A stretch of 64,000 nt of DNA, from contig NC_043000.1 in NCBI RefSeq assembly GCF_006345805.1, forward strand, positions 141,856,001 through 141,920,000, given 5' to 3'. The stretch is from Octopus sinensis. Lineage: Eukaryota. This document shows positions 13,860-27,849 of the stretch, one piece after another. The notes below the pieces were generated by a model that saw only the letters and a list, made by a program, of their open reading frames with translations, did no database searches and was not told where the DNA came from. The position numbers were made by a program, and so were the translations under genes. Numbering within the stretch: the stretch's first letter is position 1; every line of letters starts with the position of its first letter.

Positions 13860-15890
13860 GTAGATGTTCGTGTTAATTCTTTTTATTGTTATTTTTCTGA
13901 TAATTGTTCTTCAATTTCTAGGGATTCTGCTCTTAGATTTGTATACTGATCTTAATAGAGTATGTTTTGCGCATATATTTGTCACAGTATCTACAAATAT
14001 CCGCTACGACGTGTTTATGTTGGAGGGTGTGTGTGCGTGCGTAAAGGCCCAATCAACGTGTGAAAGATCATGATTGATCGCATCCCAGTTTGTGTAATGC
14101 AGATCCATAGTATCAAATGGATGGACTAGAGATATGTCACAGTATTTGATCTTTGGATGGTAGAATCTTAGATCGCAGAGAACTATGTCATGGTCTGAAA
14201 GTAGTGGTGTTTTTCCACTGCAATATTGAGGATAGTGTCAGTGTGGTCACTGAACACTCGGTCCAAGGTGTTTTTGTGGCACCTTGTTAGTTCACAAACA
14301 AATTAGGACAGGAAAAACTCATCCATGAAATCAAAAAGCAATTCGATTGCTTCCTTATCAGAGGTTGAAGTGGAAAAACCTGGTTTCAAACTGTTTGTGC
14401 ACCAATGAACACTGGGAAAGTTGAATTCCCCCATCATTAATATGTTTTCAGCATGACACTGACGGATCAAACACTTAACATTGTTGAGGCATTCCTTGAA
14501 GCGTATTAAAGGAGTTAGGGGTGACCTATAGATCCTAACTACCAGCAAATTGTTCGTTTTACTAAACACAGAAGCTGCTTCACAGTAGCCGTTGGTAAAT
14601 ACATCCATTGGTTCAGCCGAAAAAGAGTCGTGCACGAAATTGGCGGTCCCAACCTTTCTTCTGCCGACACTCTCTGCACGGATGGCTGTAAAATTCTTTA
14701 CTCTCCACTCAGCTTCTAAGTGGAGGTTATTGAGATGGGTCTCTGTCAGGAAGAAAAAAAGGATATGGTGTGGATGGTCATTAACTCAGTCCTCAATAAA
14801 TTGGATCTTCCATTTTTGGGCATCGGTAGAAGGGCTGATGCCTTGTACATTAAGGAAAAATTTTGAGGCGATAGTAGTAACTGATTTTGAGTGTTTTTGT
14901 GATTTGTTTATTAATGGCAGCAATGGGAGTTTGTGCAATAGGGTGGTGGTGGGGCGGTATTGTATGATGGCTAGAATGTTCCTTTGTAGCTCTTTTGCCA
15001 GATTCATTATGGTCAAAAAACTAACTGTTTGGAGAACTGAAAATGTTGTGGTTGTGGGTTTTGCATTGGTTACAGGTTCCGTTTATATTTTTATTTGTGC
15101 GACGAATCTCCGGGAGATGTGTAAATCGATAATTACGCTGTAGACATAATCTCTTACGCTTGGAATAGCGGCAGACTCAAGGGTAATATGAATGTTTTTT
15201 TTCAAATTTGATTCAGTATTTGGTGAGGGTGGTGGCGGTGGTGGTAGTGGTGTTATTTTAGATTGTGCACTTTGATGGTAGTGGCTGTTGTGAGTAGGAA
15301 TTGAGCGTCTAGTCCTTGGTAAATGAGTGAATTTGCAATCAGTGTCAGTGCACTGCCTCTTGCGTAATGAATAACGACATATTTTGGGGTTTCGTGTGTA
15401 GGCTGTGAGAAGCATAGATTTTAATTTGTGTACATTTGTGTTTGGCAAATTCATTAAGGGGTTTTCAAGTAAGCATTTAATTGGTTGATCACAAATTGGG
15501 ATAATAGTAGTTTGAAGCTGTGTCTGTTACTGTTTTTGAGGTGGTTGTTTTAGCTGCAGTTGTTGATGTTGTGATAATTGTTGTTGCTGTTGAAGACTTT
15601 ATTAGTGGTTAATAAACTGTGGTTGAATGGGCTGTGAACAGCTGTATTCTGAGAAGTTGGCCGTTTCATTAAGTAGGTCATCAATTGTGATTGAATTAAG
15701 GAGTGTTGAAGGTTGAGGCTGGGTTAGTTGTTCCTGCTGCGGTTGTTGTTGTTGCTGAGATGGTTGTTGTTGCTGTAGTGGCTGTTGTTGTTGTTGTTGT
15801 TGCCGTGGTGCTTGTTATTGTTGTTGTTTTTGGTATTGACCAGTATTTGAAGAGAAAACACGTTGGACTTTTTCAAAATCTCTATTAATT
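13860..15890 (-). mobile_element. APE-endonuclease LINE remnant (CR1/Jockey group) with CCCH zinc-finger ORF1
   Basis: PKICRYSLRKRQCTDTDCKFTH (CCCH); FFLTETH, VVRIYRSP, MMGEFNFP, TLDRVF and SDHDIV endonuclease motifs; frameshifted; no RT seen. Confidence 0.85.
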
Positions 15891-16171
15891 AATTTAAATA
15901 CTATTTCAATTTGTTTAAATTTGTTTTGAATCTGCTTCTCGGAGGGATTTCTGAAAAGTTGCATTGTAGGTCACGGCATGATGTGTCTATGTTTTCCTTT
16001 TGGGCAAGACTGTACCATGAATTTATCAGAAGGTCTATTTCATTATCAGACCAATTTTGTTTAGATTTTCGTTCTTAAAAGATTTTTTGATTTTTTAAAA
16101 ATATATTTGTTTATTAATTATTGATTTATTCCTTGCTTTAGTGTTTAGCTATGTAGAAACGCATGCTACAG

Positions 16172-16400
16172 AAGTGAAGAATTGGTGTAGATCATATGTT
16201 TGTATTTAAGATAAATATTTACAGATGCTTGAAGATAAAATATGTATATGATAGTGGAGAACATTTTGCTTTGATAAGGAAATTTGTAGTTCGAAAGTAA
16301 AGGATGTTTGCATCTTGCGACATTCTGTGGTAGTTTGACACGTATAGTCTTGTATATGTGGCCATTAGTTTTCAAGGGAGAGACAGTTTTCAATAGGGAT
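16172..16400 (+). pseudogene. Second CUB C-terminal half remnant
   Basis: YVYDSGEHFALIRKF, then frameshift to CSSKV..HSVVV. Resembles .YDG....LI.KFC. Confidence 0.3.
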
Positions 16401-16618
16401 ATATGAGTGAAAAGTCAAAAGTGTGTGCGTAAATTCAGAGTGCCTTATGAAATTAATAAAATCGCAGGATGCGTATAAATTCAATAGAATCACAGGAAAA
16501 ATATATACTGTACTCACGAGAAATCTTTTCTTTTTCCACAGGTTATAGCAGGCAGTATGGGGTCAAAATTAATCTTCTGTTGATTTCTTATACAGCTTTC
16601 GCAAAATTTAGAGATGTT

Positions 16619-16670
<52 letters not shown>

Positions 16671-16673
<3 letters not shown>

Positions 16674-16826
16674 GACTGGCGTCTTTCAGTTTCCCTCTAC
16701 CAGATCAACTCACAAGGCTTTGGTCTTCCCGAGGCTATAGTAGAAGACACTTGCCCAAGGTGCCACTCAGTGGGACTGAACTCGGAACCATCTGGTTGGT
16801 AAGCAAGCTACATTCCACATGACCAT
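16671..16826 (-). mobile_element. SINE family A, 5' half
   Basis: Reverse-complement match to 5750-5910. Confidence 0.85.
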
Positions 16827-16839
16827 CCTTTACATATAT

Positions 16840-17066
16840 AAAGGAATACCAAAAATGGGACGTGAACGTGAAACATCCAGACAGATAGTAAAAAAAGGGA
16901 CAACAAAACATCCAGACAGACGATACAATAAAACAAGGACGGTCGTTCCCCCTCTCTCATATTTCTTGGCTTTGTCTTTATTCTAACCTTCTCTCCTCTT
17001 TCAATTCACTCTGCCCCTTGTCTTTTTTCTCGTCTCTCACTAATTCTTCTATCCCTCTGCCTCTAA

Positions 17067-17098
<32 letters not shown>

Positions 17099-17535
17099 TC
17101 TCTCTCCACATGACCGGTGTTCGGCCACGCCTGACCTTTCATTCTTGGTTCGACTCCCATTTGTACTACATCTATATTCCTCCCTATGCTTGTCAACACA
17201 TTGTCCCTGCCGTAAGGCTTCACTTCCACACACGCCAGCTTAATTTAATTCGTCCTTACTTGAAAGACACCTGCCGTTAATGTCCTCTATTTGCATTTGT
17301 ATTTGTGTACCATTTCTCCGTATTTTCCGTCCTTGTTTTCGTATACATTCGCTGCTTTCCCCCCGACTGGAACAATCTCGAGCATAACCAGCCGAAATTG
17401 CAAAGAAGATCTGGAACTCGACTGAAGAAAGAAGACCCCGAATGACCCATCCTTGTTTTTTGTGTCGACTGTTTGGATGTTTTGTTGTCCCTTTTTTGTA
17501 TCATATAAGTGTCTAGATGTTTGGCATTCCTTTAT
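16840..17535. mobile_element. PLE-type pLTR with terminal inverted copy
   Basis: About 16840-16948 is inverted at about 17440-17535. CTGAAGA..GAA motif at 17422. Confidence 0.6.
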
Positions 17536-17582
17536 ACATATCTACCTATCTATCTATATGTGTATCTATAGATATCTATCTT

Positions 17583-17634
<52 letters not shown>

Positions 17635-17686
17635 CCTCTCTATATATATACATATAACTTAGTAAATATGATTTATTATATTTCAG

Positions 17687-19700
17687 CAAGTACGGACACG
17701 TTTTAGTCTTATTTTGAATCACTCTCCAATGGAAATATAGAATTTTGCCATATTACCGAATTAGAAAAGTGGGAATTTCTATGCTAATCTTCTCCATTGT
17801 GTAGTGATTCCCATAGAAACCAGAATTGCTTTTATAGTAAAGCATGCACAAAGAAATTCACAGAGAAGTTACAAATAGGGCTTCATAAAGCTTAATGTCT
17901 TGCGTTATATATGATATATTAACTCAGAACTGTTTTGTAAATGCTTTTGTAAAACTAACATTAATTTCATGGATAATAAAAATTACACGTTCCTTATAAT
18001 GGTAAATTACTAACCTGTATTAAAGTTCTAAAGACCTATGTCTGTGTGCCGATAGTAAATTGCTATTAGATGAACTACTTATCTTTTCATGATCAGAATT
18101 CCTCAGCAACAATCAATTTTAATAGAATAAGCTGAACGTTATCACATCTATTTAACATTTGTTGTTTTATCTCCTAATAATATCCATAGAGGGATTAAAC
18201 ATCAGTGCAGAATCTTCCTTCTAATCATTGAGCATTTTTGATAAAGCAACCACCGACACAATGTTAACGAAAAAAACCAAAACGAATTAAATAATGTGGT
18301 TCAAAATACAATATGGTGGAAGCGAACCAATTAAACAGAACATTCACGGTAGTTATACCTTTGATCATAACCACAATTTGTTATGGGTGCCCTTGCACTA
18401 AACTGTAACGATTGAATCAAAAATATCTGCTACACCGGTGACTGCTCACATTATTCAGTGAAAGGTAGGTGATAGCAGACGGTACCTCAGATCACACCAT
18501 AGTCTCCTCGCCAAAAGAAATGCTTCATTTTATATATTTGTCCAAGGTACACTATGCATCAAGTGTAGAGGGAATGGTAATGGTCAGGAAGGTATTTGGT
18601 TTCAGGCGAGCTGGCAGAAACGTTAGCACGCCGGGCGAAATGCTTAGCGGTATTTCGTCTGCGTTACCTTGTGAGTTCAAATTCCGCCGAGGTCGATATA
18701 GCCTTTCATCCTTTCGGGGTCGATAAATTAAGTACCAGTTTCGCACTGGGGTCGATGTAATCGACTTAATACCTATGTCTGTCCTTGTTTGTCCCCTCTG
18801 TGTTTAGCCCCTTGTGGGTAATAAAGAAATAGGTATTTGGTTTCAGGTTCACTTCATATAGTTCTGTCAAGGGCCTAGTCAAAAGAAATGGCAGTAATAA
18901 AAGTACTAGAGGTTGGCATTAAGAATAAAATCAAGCATACATCATCCCTTCCTCATTCTCTATTACCATCATACCCTCCTTCAGTAATATCCTACAAGTA
19001 TCAAAATACATGTGCGGCATCTGCATTGTCTCTCAATCAGCTAGAAATAGCAATAAAATCTGCTTCAATCCCCACCGATATTTATTAGAAAAATGATAAA
19101 ATGAATGTGATTCTAAAAGCTCGTTTCTACGAAAGGGGACGAAAAAACTAATAGGATCCCTTACATCTCAAATGACTTTCTACCGTAGACCTACTTAATA
19201 GAGCTAACTAAATAACAACGACGATGACGTCAACATAGAACAACAGCAGCAGTATTTTACCTGCTAATAACCCATAAAATCATATTTTGATATGTCAGTA
19301 ATTACATTAACGATGCTACTCCGAATCTGATTTATGACTTTCTTTTTTCTAAATGCACTGTGTTTATAGTATTACTATATGTAATCAAAATGATCTTATT
19401 GAAGATTAGTAATATCAGCAACAGTAGCTGCTGTGTCATTATGTATTTATTAATCATAGTTTCTACAGCACTTACTTTGAAAATAAAATACCAACCTGGA
19501 AAATAAACGACGGCATTCATGTTAATGAGGCCAAATATTATGCATCACGTCACAACGAATCCAATGCAAGTTCTGTTGTTTGCTTGCTTTATTTTTTAAT
19601 TATTAATCTCAGTCTGGTATGGCTTTGCATTACACAACACAATAGACTCTCTAAGTTTCCGCAGTAGTATGTGAGCGAAGGACTACATAAGGAGGAAATC
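17687..19700 (+). pseudogene. C-type lectin remnant in two exons (about 17687-17840 and 19469-19700)
   Basis: tttcag|..IEFC../ANLL..E..AFI, then tctacag|TYFENKIPTWKINDGIHVNEAKY..SVVCLLY..LVW..*YVSE (W..DG..C..W..YVCE pattern). Confidence 0.45.
18604..18838 (+). mobile_element. SINE family B
   Basis: ggcgagctggcagaaacgttagcacgccgggcg head; matches the other copies. Confidence 0.9.
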
Positions 19701-20225
19701 GCTGAAAACTAAAAGACGGAATAAAAGAACAAAAGATTACCTAAGAAATACGAAGATGAAAATTAATAGCGGTATAGGAAATATGATTAAACATGACAGA
19801 AATGTATAAAGAGAAAGAAGACATGATACAGCATTAAAGAAAGTCGTAAAAATATTAAAACAATAAATTTTAGAATGGTCGTTAATGTAGTTGTATTTTG
19901 TATTCCTTCTCAGAATAAAAGACATTTCTAATAAAACTATTAATGATTGTGGCTTCTTACATCATCACAAACACACTCTTTTATAATGACGTGGCGTCGG
20001 GGGATTGACTCAATTAATTTGACCATAGTATATGTCTGACACTGGCTTCATAGAAATTATTGAGATGAAAAATACATACTATCGGCATAATATATTAAGA
20101 TTGAACTAAATAAAGTTAGCCACATAGCCTAACAAAACATATGACGAGTGAATGACAGAATACATATTTGCATACATACATAATCTCATAATCCGTACAT
20201 ATTCACACATACACTCACACACACC

Positions 20226-20257
<32 letters not shown>

Positions 20258-20461
20258 GAAAGCGTGAGAGAAAGAGAGAAGAGAGAGATGGAATGTTCTC
20301 TGTTGCAATGCCTTCGATCATCTTTCTACTCAGTGTAACCTTGATTGCACAAGGAAACAAGAACAGCCACACTTTCTCTCATTCAAATGATGATGATGAT
20401 CATCATCATCATCATCACCATAATAATAATAATAATAATGATAATAATCATAATAATAATA

Positions 20462-20578
20462 ATATTCTTTCTGCTATAGGCACAAGGCCTGAAATTTTGG
20501 GGGAGGGGTAAATGGATAATATCGACGCCTGTGTATTTTGCCCGGCGTGCTAACGATTCTGATAGCTCGCTGCCTTTA
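20462..20578 (-). mobile_element. SINE family B, internally deleted
   Basis: Head and tail match 57936-58879 with the middle missing. Confidence 0.7.
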
Positions 20579-20599
20579 TAATAATAGTCGCAACAAGCG

Positions 20600-22902
20600 T
20601 CACATTAGTCTGTGTGGACACTTGACACTTTCCATCTTACCCAGATGCGGAAGAAAGGGCTATGGAACAGGCCGGCGAGACATGAAAACGCAGGAGTGGC
20701 AAACAAATGTGAAAAGACCACTTGCAACTATACCAAGGCAGGAGGACGTCATAATTAATTGATATACAGAGAGACGGAATTTTTTGAAACAATAGCAAAT
20801 TGGAAAGGACCAGATCCTGAGGAATGCAAAGCTGTTGTCTGTAGAACTTTACACAACTGCATGAATAGATCGCAGCGCAACTGGATTGTTGCCTACAGTG
20901 ACGTCATCTTCCTGTCTTGATGACAAGTTGAGGAACGCTGTTGTCTCAAGGATCTCTTGAATTGGAACATGGCGTCAAATTTTCGACGTATAACCTGTTC
21001 ACCACTTATGTGGAAACTTATGTCCGGTATATGGCGGAAGAGTTATACAACCATCTGGAAAGTAATAATCTACTACCAGAAGAACAGAATGGTTGCAGGA
21101 AACAAAAAAGACCAATAATTAGTTGATAAAGGGATAACTACAAATTGTTGACGCAGACTGACGAGACTGAATGTAGTATGGTTGGATTACAAAAAAAACA
21201 TATGACATGGTACCACACAGTTTGATAAGTAAAACAATGAACATGTTTGGAATACCAAAAAGCATGGAGAAAAAGCTTAATGAAAGTATATATTATTAGA
21301 ATACTAAATTGATCAGGGCAAACAAAACTCAGAAAAGTGAGCATCAGACGTGGAATATTGCAAGGTGATAACTTATTTCCATTTTTATTCGTATTGGCCA
21401 TGACACCGCTCACTATTATACTACGAAAAGTTTAAATTGCTTACGATTTGGGAAAAAGAAATGGTCATATAAATCATCTTCTTTTCGTGGATCATAGAAA
21501 AATGAGGAAGAGATTGAAATTCTTATAAGTGTTGTCCGCATTTTCTCAAATGAGGTAGGTATGGGTTTGGGGATAGAAAAATGCGCTATATTGAAAATTA
21601 AATGCGAAAGATCTGAAAGAAGCTAGGGAATTGAAATGCCAAATGGGCAAACAATGGGAGCGGTGTGTAAGGATTGTGGTATAAGAACTTGTTACTAGAA
21701 CGCAGTTATGTTGGAACCGCAGACAAAAGTATGTAACTGTGGGTCTTATTGCTTGCGAATAGAATGATTTTCGTCTTAAAAATGATGAATACAAAACACT
21801 TAAAAAGTACAGTACAATAACGTGCCTTACAAAAATCTACAAATCCCTTATATTTCTCCTAATGGAATGCATATATGCATTTCTCATTAGCAGCAACATC
21901 TTCACGCATAAAGAAAATAGTGTAAGCCTGTGTCTTATTAACACAGAGTCAACAATTAATTAAAAGAATGATTTTAGAAGAATGTTACACCAGAGTAAAA
22001 CAGCTCTCAGTGGCCTCGGTAGACTACAAGAGGTCCTTTGAGAGCCTTCCAACACTGCTGAATTAAAGAATATGTGAAAATATTCAACATCCCACAATTG
22101 ATGAATAATTTTGTATCTCATTCCAAGAAACACTTCGAAACAATGCTAATTCCCAAAGCTGGCACTGCAAATATGAATACTGAACAACTCAATATTATTT
22201 GTGGAATCTTTCTAGAGAAACTCATTAACTCCTTTGTTATTTTGTTTAGCATTGTTTTCTCTCAGTAAATTCCTAAATGAAACAAATGGAAAACAGGTAA
22301 GCATTTCTTCTACATAGATGACTTGAAACTGCTAGCAGAAATGACAAGCAACTGCAAGCATTACTTTCATACAGTCAAGCAATTTACTGATATAAGTAAA
22401 TTGAAATTCGGACATGAGAAATGTGCTAAGGTTACATTTAACTAGGGAAACCTCTCAAATACATCCGATATCACACTAGGCAGAAAGACCGAGATAACAG
22501 AATTAGAACGTCAGAGTAATTATAGGTATTTAGGAATATGTGAAGTAGGTGAGGTTAACCAATCTCTAATAAAAGAAGGAAAATAGGAAAGAGTACACCT
22601 GAACCATAAGAGCCTTTCAGAAAACTGCACTTTATGCCAGAAATAAATTGAGGCCTTAAGCACATTAGAACTTATATAAACTGGAAGCCGTATTGGCAAT
22701 AAGAATATGGTATATCCATACTCCAGTAAATGGTAAAGATGCCATTGTGTACAAATAAAAAGATATTGCTATCAGGACTTACCTAGAAAAAATATTGTTC
22801 AACGAATTTCACATGATATGGCACTCTTCTATTTATTTGTGTTTAACTTCTCGATGAGTTTCCTCGGTCCTATATTGTCTTAATAATAATAATAATAATA
22901 AT

Positions 22903-22968
<66 letters not shown>

Positions 22969-23360
22969 CCAGACATATACTTAATTGAGAAAGGAAACAA
23001 ACTATGCTGGATCATAGATATAGCCTGCCCAACTAACTACAATGTACGCGATAAAGAAGAAAGAAAAGTCAAGAAATATGACAGGTTAGCTTGGGAAGTT
23101 AAGCAGCTGTAGTCGATGCAAAAGGTAGCAGTTGTACCAATTATAGTCGGATCCCTGGAAAGAATGAGTAAAATATCGAGAAATACGTGGACCAAATAGG
23201 GGCTACAATAAGGGTGGAGCACTTTCAGAAAACTGCACTACTTGGAACCACTCGAATACTCCGGAAGGTGCTCAAAAAATAAGAGGTGTTATCTTAGTTC
23301 ACTGGTAATGAACAGCTGACACCATAGAATATCTTCAGCGTTAGAAGCTGTGCAAAGAAA

Positions 23361-23458
<98 letters not shown>

Positions 23459-23824
23459 CTCAGGACTCAAAGCAAAGACTGAAGGGTTGTTAACTGCAAC
23501 ACACGTTCAAAGCCTTCTTACTTGTTGAGGAGAAATTATAAATTAAGGAAGCAAATAATGGTGAAGCAAAAGAACCATGATGGAAACGACGCATTGAAAT
23601 GGACATAATGCGGGCAAGGCAAGATCTCGAAGAAATTGAGCAATGGTTAAGAGGTAACTGGAAAAATGTGAAAAAGGCTGACCGAGCAAAAATTAGAGAA
23701 GAAATATAAAATACGGAAGAACAGATTTGATGCAGTTATAGAGTAGTTAAAACAGAGGATCATGGGTAAAATCCAGAATATCAGAAGATTTGAGAGCAGA
23801 AATAAGCAGTTCGACGATAATAAC

Positions 23825-23898
<74 letters not shown>

Positions 23899-24130
23899 AA
23901 ATAGTGCCAATTATTGATGGGTCAGACGGTATCAAAAGGAATATAAAAGAAATTGGAATAGAGTGCCCAGTGGAACTGATAGAAAAGGTTTGACTCCTTG
24001 GCACGGCAAGAATAATTAGATAGCTGAAATGAACGAATAGCATGGTACCGTAGGCTGCAAGTAGTAAGCCCGCTACGCAAGTAAGATTCCAGGAGCTCCA
24101 ACAAAACCTGTGATAAAGAGAAAATAATAA
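20600..24130 (+). mobile_element. Cluster of R4/Dong-type (RLE) non-LTR retrotransposon fragments interleaved with (AAT)n/(GAT)n
   Basis: LPEEQNGCR, YDMVPH, RGILQGD, NHLLFVD, YIDDLK, YRYLG; RLE motifs KPDI..IIDIACP..KKYDRL..VPIIVGSL..ALLGTTRILRKVL. Confidence 0.85.
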
Positions 24131-25312
24131 TATAAACATGATTTGAGAAAGGAGTAGACTTGAATTGATGGAGTTCAGTGCTTGGTTGCAGTTATCTTAT
24201 AGACATCAAGTTGATGAATGTTACAGTGAAAGATACTAGGATATGAACCTGAAGCATTAGACAGTATAATTAAAATGTATTAGTTATTTAAACATGTATA
24301 CAGTTTGAACAACGACAGAAGAAGTCTGACTGAACAGTTCGATGGTAGAAATCATTTATGTCATAGGCATTTCTTTCTGCTGCCGACTTCTTAGCAATTA
24401 GGACTACAACAGTTTTTTTTCCTTTCATATATGGGAAGGTATTGTTTGAAGGACGTCTGGTTGTTGTTTTATCAGCAGACTAGGAATTGAATTGTGAGTG
24501 TGTTAGTTATCTGAAATGAAGTCGAGTAATCTGAATATTTATAAAATTGAATCCAGAGAGAAATGTTGGGTCAGCATCATCATTTTTAACATCTAATTAG
24601 AGGTCATTATTTTTGGGAGTGGATTTTCACTTTCCTGTTTTTTTCCATCCTAATGTTATTCCCTTTTAGTCTCTATTTTCATGAGTGTTTTCTTAATATT
24701 TTTATGGCTGTAATATGAAAATGTCATAGGTAACTACAATAAATTGCATAATTTTATGTATACGCAAAAAACGTATTTACTTATGTATATGATTATGAAT
24801 ATATTAATCCTTCATTGATATTATTATTCATGAATGGTGGTACATTTATATTACTTATTCTATTGATATGAGTGTGTTAAAAGACTTGCTCTTTACGCAT
24901 GGACGTGAGCCATCATACTCAGGAACATAAATAGACAGAAAAGCGTGTTAACCGCTATGTTCCTTGCCAAATTGAATACCCTTTTATGACCTAAAAGGGG
25001 GAAACTTAAATGATGTATTTACTTACTAGAGAGTAAACATCCACAGTTAACCAGGAAGCCGTGCCGTAGATCATAATTCTGCATAACGAATATTCTAACA
25101 TCTTTGTTTAGCATTTTCAATACGTATTTTTCTTCCCTTTATAACATTTCACAACATATCAACAGTATTTTCTCCTCTACACAGTGTAATTACATGCATT
25201 TCTATCTCATATTTATTTCTGCGTAAGGATGTTTAAATAACTATATTAAGTGATGTTTTATGTAAGTGTGATGACATTCCTGTTGGTTAAACAACGGATA
25301 GAGAGCACCCGA

Positions 25313-25443
25313 GGTTATTGTTATATGTATCCATGTTTGCAATAAATGGGGGCTCATGAATATCTGTGTATGTAAGAGCATATGTTCATTGTATGCACGT
25401 ATGTATATCCATTATTTCTCCTTTGAATTGGAAATACATGCAT
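25313..25443 (+). pseudogene. EGF-like domain remnant
   Basis: GYCYMYPCL / NGGS*ISV..AYVHC / IGNTC|gt across frameshifts. Matches C..PC.NGG.C....Y.C...G..C. Confidence 0.5.
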
Positions 25444-25582
25444 GTATTTTCCTTCGAGTTCTTGTCTAGTACTTCCACTTTCGTACATAGAGCTGCCAAT
25501 CTTAGGATATGAATGAACTCCAGTTGTTAGCGAAGTGCAAGTAGCATTTTCTGTTGTCAGTATATTGTTTCTTGCTCCCAAA

Positions 25583-25975
25583 TCTTAATATATAAGGCTG
25601 AAGTTGTCTGTGTGTGTGTGGCACGTTTGGTAGCCTTCAACTAACACTATCTCCTCCGAGACCCTGCTGCGCAATTTGACCAAAATTGAAAGTATGATAG
25701 AAGAAGGCTTGGTTTTTATTCCGTAGAAGAAAAACTTCAAATCGGACAATGTTAACACCAAAAATTATTTACATAAAAAAGGTGCTTTTGCTCTATGAAA
25801 ATCCCTATTTTTTACGATTTTTTTTACTTCTGTGTCACCATTTTGCGGTGTATTTTAACCAGGAAAATGTTCACTTAAAGAGAATAACAAGCTATATAAT
25901 GCAAAATGTTTACTTTTCAAATAAGATTGAAACTATGTCAAAACAAACCCGAGCAACGCCGGGCTATACTGCTAG
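25583..25975 (+). mobile_element. Non-autonomous Helitron
   Basis: 5' TC, 3' hairpin cccgagcaacgccggg, then CTAG; inserted between A and T with no TSD. Confidence 0.8.
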
Positions 25976-26296
25976 TAAATGATAAACAATATGGATCCAC
26001 TTACATTCACAGTAGTTAAAACCATTCCTATTGAACAGCATCAAATATTTTACTGACGTATATGGAGTACTTGAGTTGAATTTTACGATAATTTATGTCT
26101 CCTTCATTGAGGATCAACTTGATGCATTGGTGAACAGTTAACGCCTTTGGAGAGCTTAAAGATTAAATATGTAGTTAAGAAAGACTTAGCTGACATGGAA
26201 AACCGAAAGCCATCGGAATATTGGAACGGATTTGCTGTATTATGATGATCCATGCCAAGTATCAAAATGCCATCATCACTACTGTTTTTTTTCTTG

Positions 26297-26510
26297 GTTA
26301 AGTCATGCGACTGTGGCCATGCTGGAGCACCACCTTCAGTCGAGCAAATCGACCCCAGGACTTGTTCTTTGAAAGCCTAGTACCTATTCTATCGGCATCT
26401 TTTGCCGAACAGCTAAGTTACGTGGACGTATACACACCAGCAACGTATGGCAAGTGATGTTGGGGGACAAACACTGACACAAACATATACACTCACATAC
26501 CCATATATAT

Positions 26511-26546
<36 letters not shown>

Positions 26547-26709
26547 AGACGTGCTTCTTTCAGTTTCCGTCAACCAAATCCACTCACAAGGCTTTGGTCG
26601 GCCGATGCTATACTAGAAGACCACTTACCCAAGATGGCACGCAGTGGGACTGAACCCGAAACCATGTGGTTCGTAAGCAAGCTACTTACCACACAGCCAC
26701 TCCTACGCC
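26297..26709 (-). mobile_element. SINE family A
   Basis: Reverse-complement match to 5750-6163. Confidence 0.9.
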
Positions 26710-26729
26710 ACTGCTACTCAAATCTCTGT

Positions 26730-27180
26730 GAACACTTTACAGGCAGTAAGATGTAACATGGACAGCTGTAACAGAGTCTACGAAGCGGTGGCCAGTAGGA
26801 ACTGTGATGGTCTTTGGGTGCGTCTTCAATAGTACTGACATCATTCCGTACTACCTATTTCAACAGGGCCTCATGCTCAATGCAGACGGCTATGTAAAAC
26901 TGCTGGAGGCTACTGTTGGAGAGTCATATATGTGGCAGGAAGATTTGGCACCTTACTATACCTCTGGAAAAATTCGGAGGTAGTTGTCGGATAATGTTTT
27001 ACGACTTCACCAGCCCCATGGTTTACTACGTGTAATGTGCAGTTGAGTGAGACACCTACCGCTCTGCCTTCAACACCAATGCTGATCCGGTAGCCAAGAC
27101 CAAGGAGATGTTCGTAGATTTTCTCAAGCACAGTAAGGAACGAATGCACTAGGTTACGGAGCCGTTTTAGCTGGCCGTGA
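26730..27180 (+). mobile_element. Tc1/mariner-superfamily transposase relic
   Basis: VMVFGCV..IPYYLFQQGLMLNADGYVKLL..YMWQEDLAP (QQD.AP motif). Confidence 0.7.
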
Positions 27181-27780
27181 TGGAAGAGAGAGAGAGAGAA
27201 AGATGAATATAGAGAGAGGCAATTGTACGGATAAACAAATTACATAAAACAGATTTGTTTTGATACACAAAATATGTATATATGTATACAGGCAAAATGA
27301 GAGAAATCAGAGCCTGAATTATAAATATGTAGATATTTATAGTAATAGATGAAAAGCCAGAGAAGATCAAAGGGGAAGAATATTAAAGGGGATGAGCAGG
27401 TTTTTCTAGGGGCTGGGAGAATCATCATAATATTGGTACATCTATTTCATCACAATATGCATGCCGTAATGGAAGCAATAAACGTGTTAGAAATTGAGCC
27501 TCCATCATCTGAGTAGAAATAACCTTTCCTTTTGCGCGATACTTTTAAAGCCAGGAACTTTTCAGCACCCCTGTTGTAAATCGGTGTGAAATGAGACACA
27601 AATATGCACACACACACACATACATACGTAGGTAGCTAGGTAGCGAGGTGCATATATATATATATTATATATATATATATTATATATATATATATATATA
27701 TATGTATGTACATATATATAAATATACTTACATATATATGTATATATATGACTATAGATATACATAAGTATATATATATA

Positions 27781-27849
<69 letters not shown>

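Noticed and set aside
20294-20354. Signal-peptide-like MFSVAMPSIIFLLSVTLIAQG
   Set aside because: No GT donor, flanked by microsatellites, and it would fall mid-gene in the + strand chain. The same position argument applies to the hydrophobic stretch at about 24670-24729.
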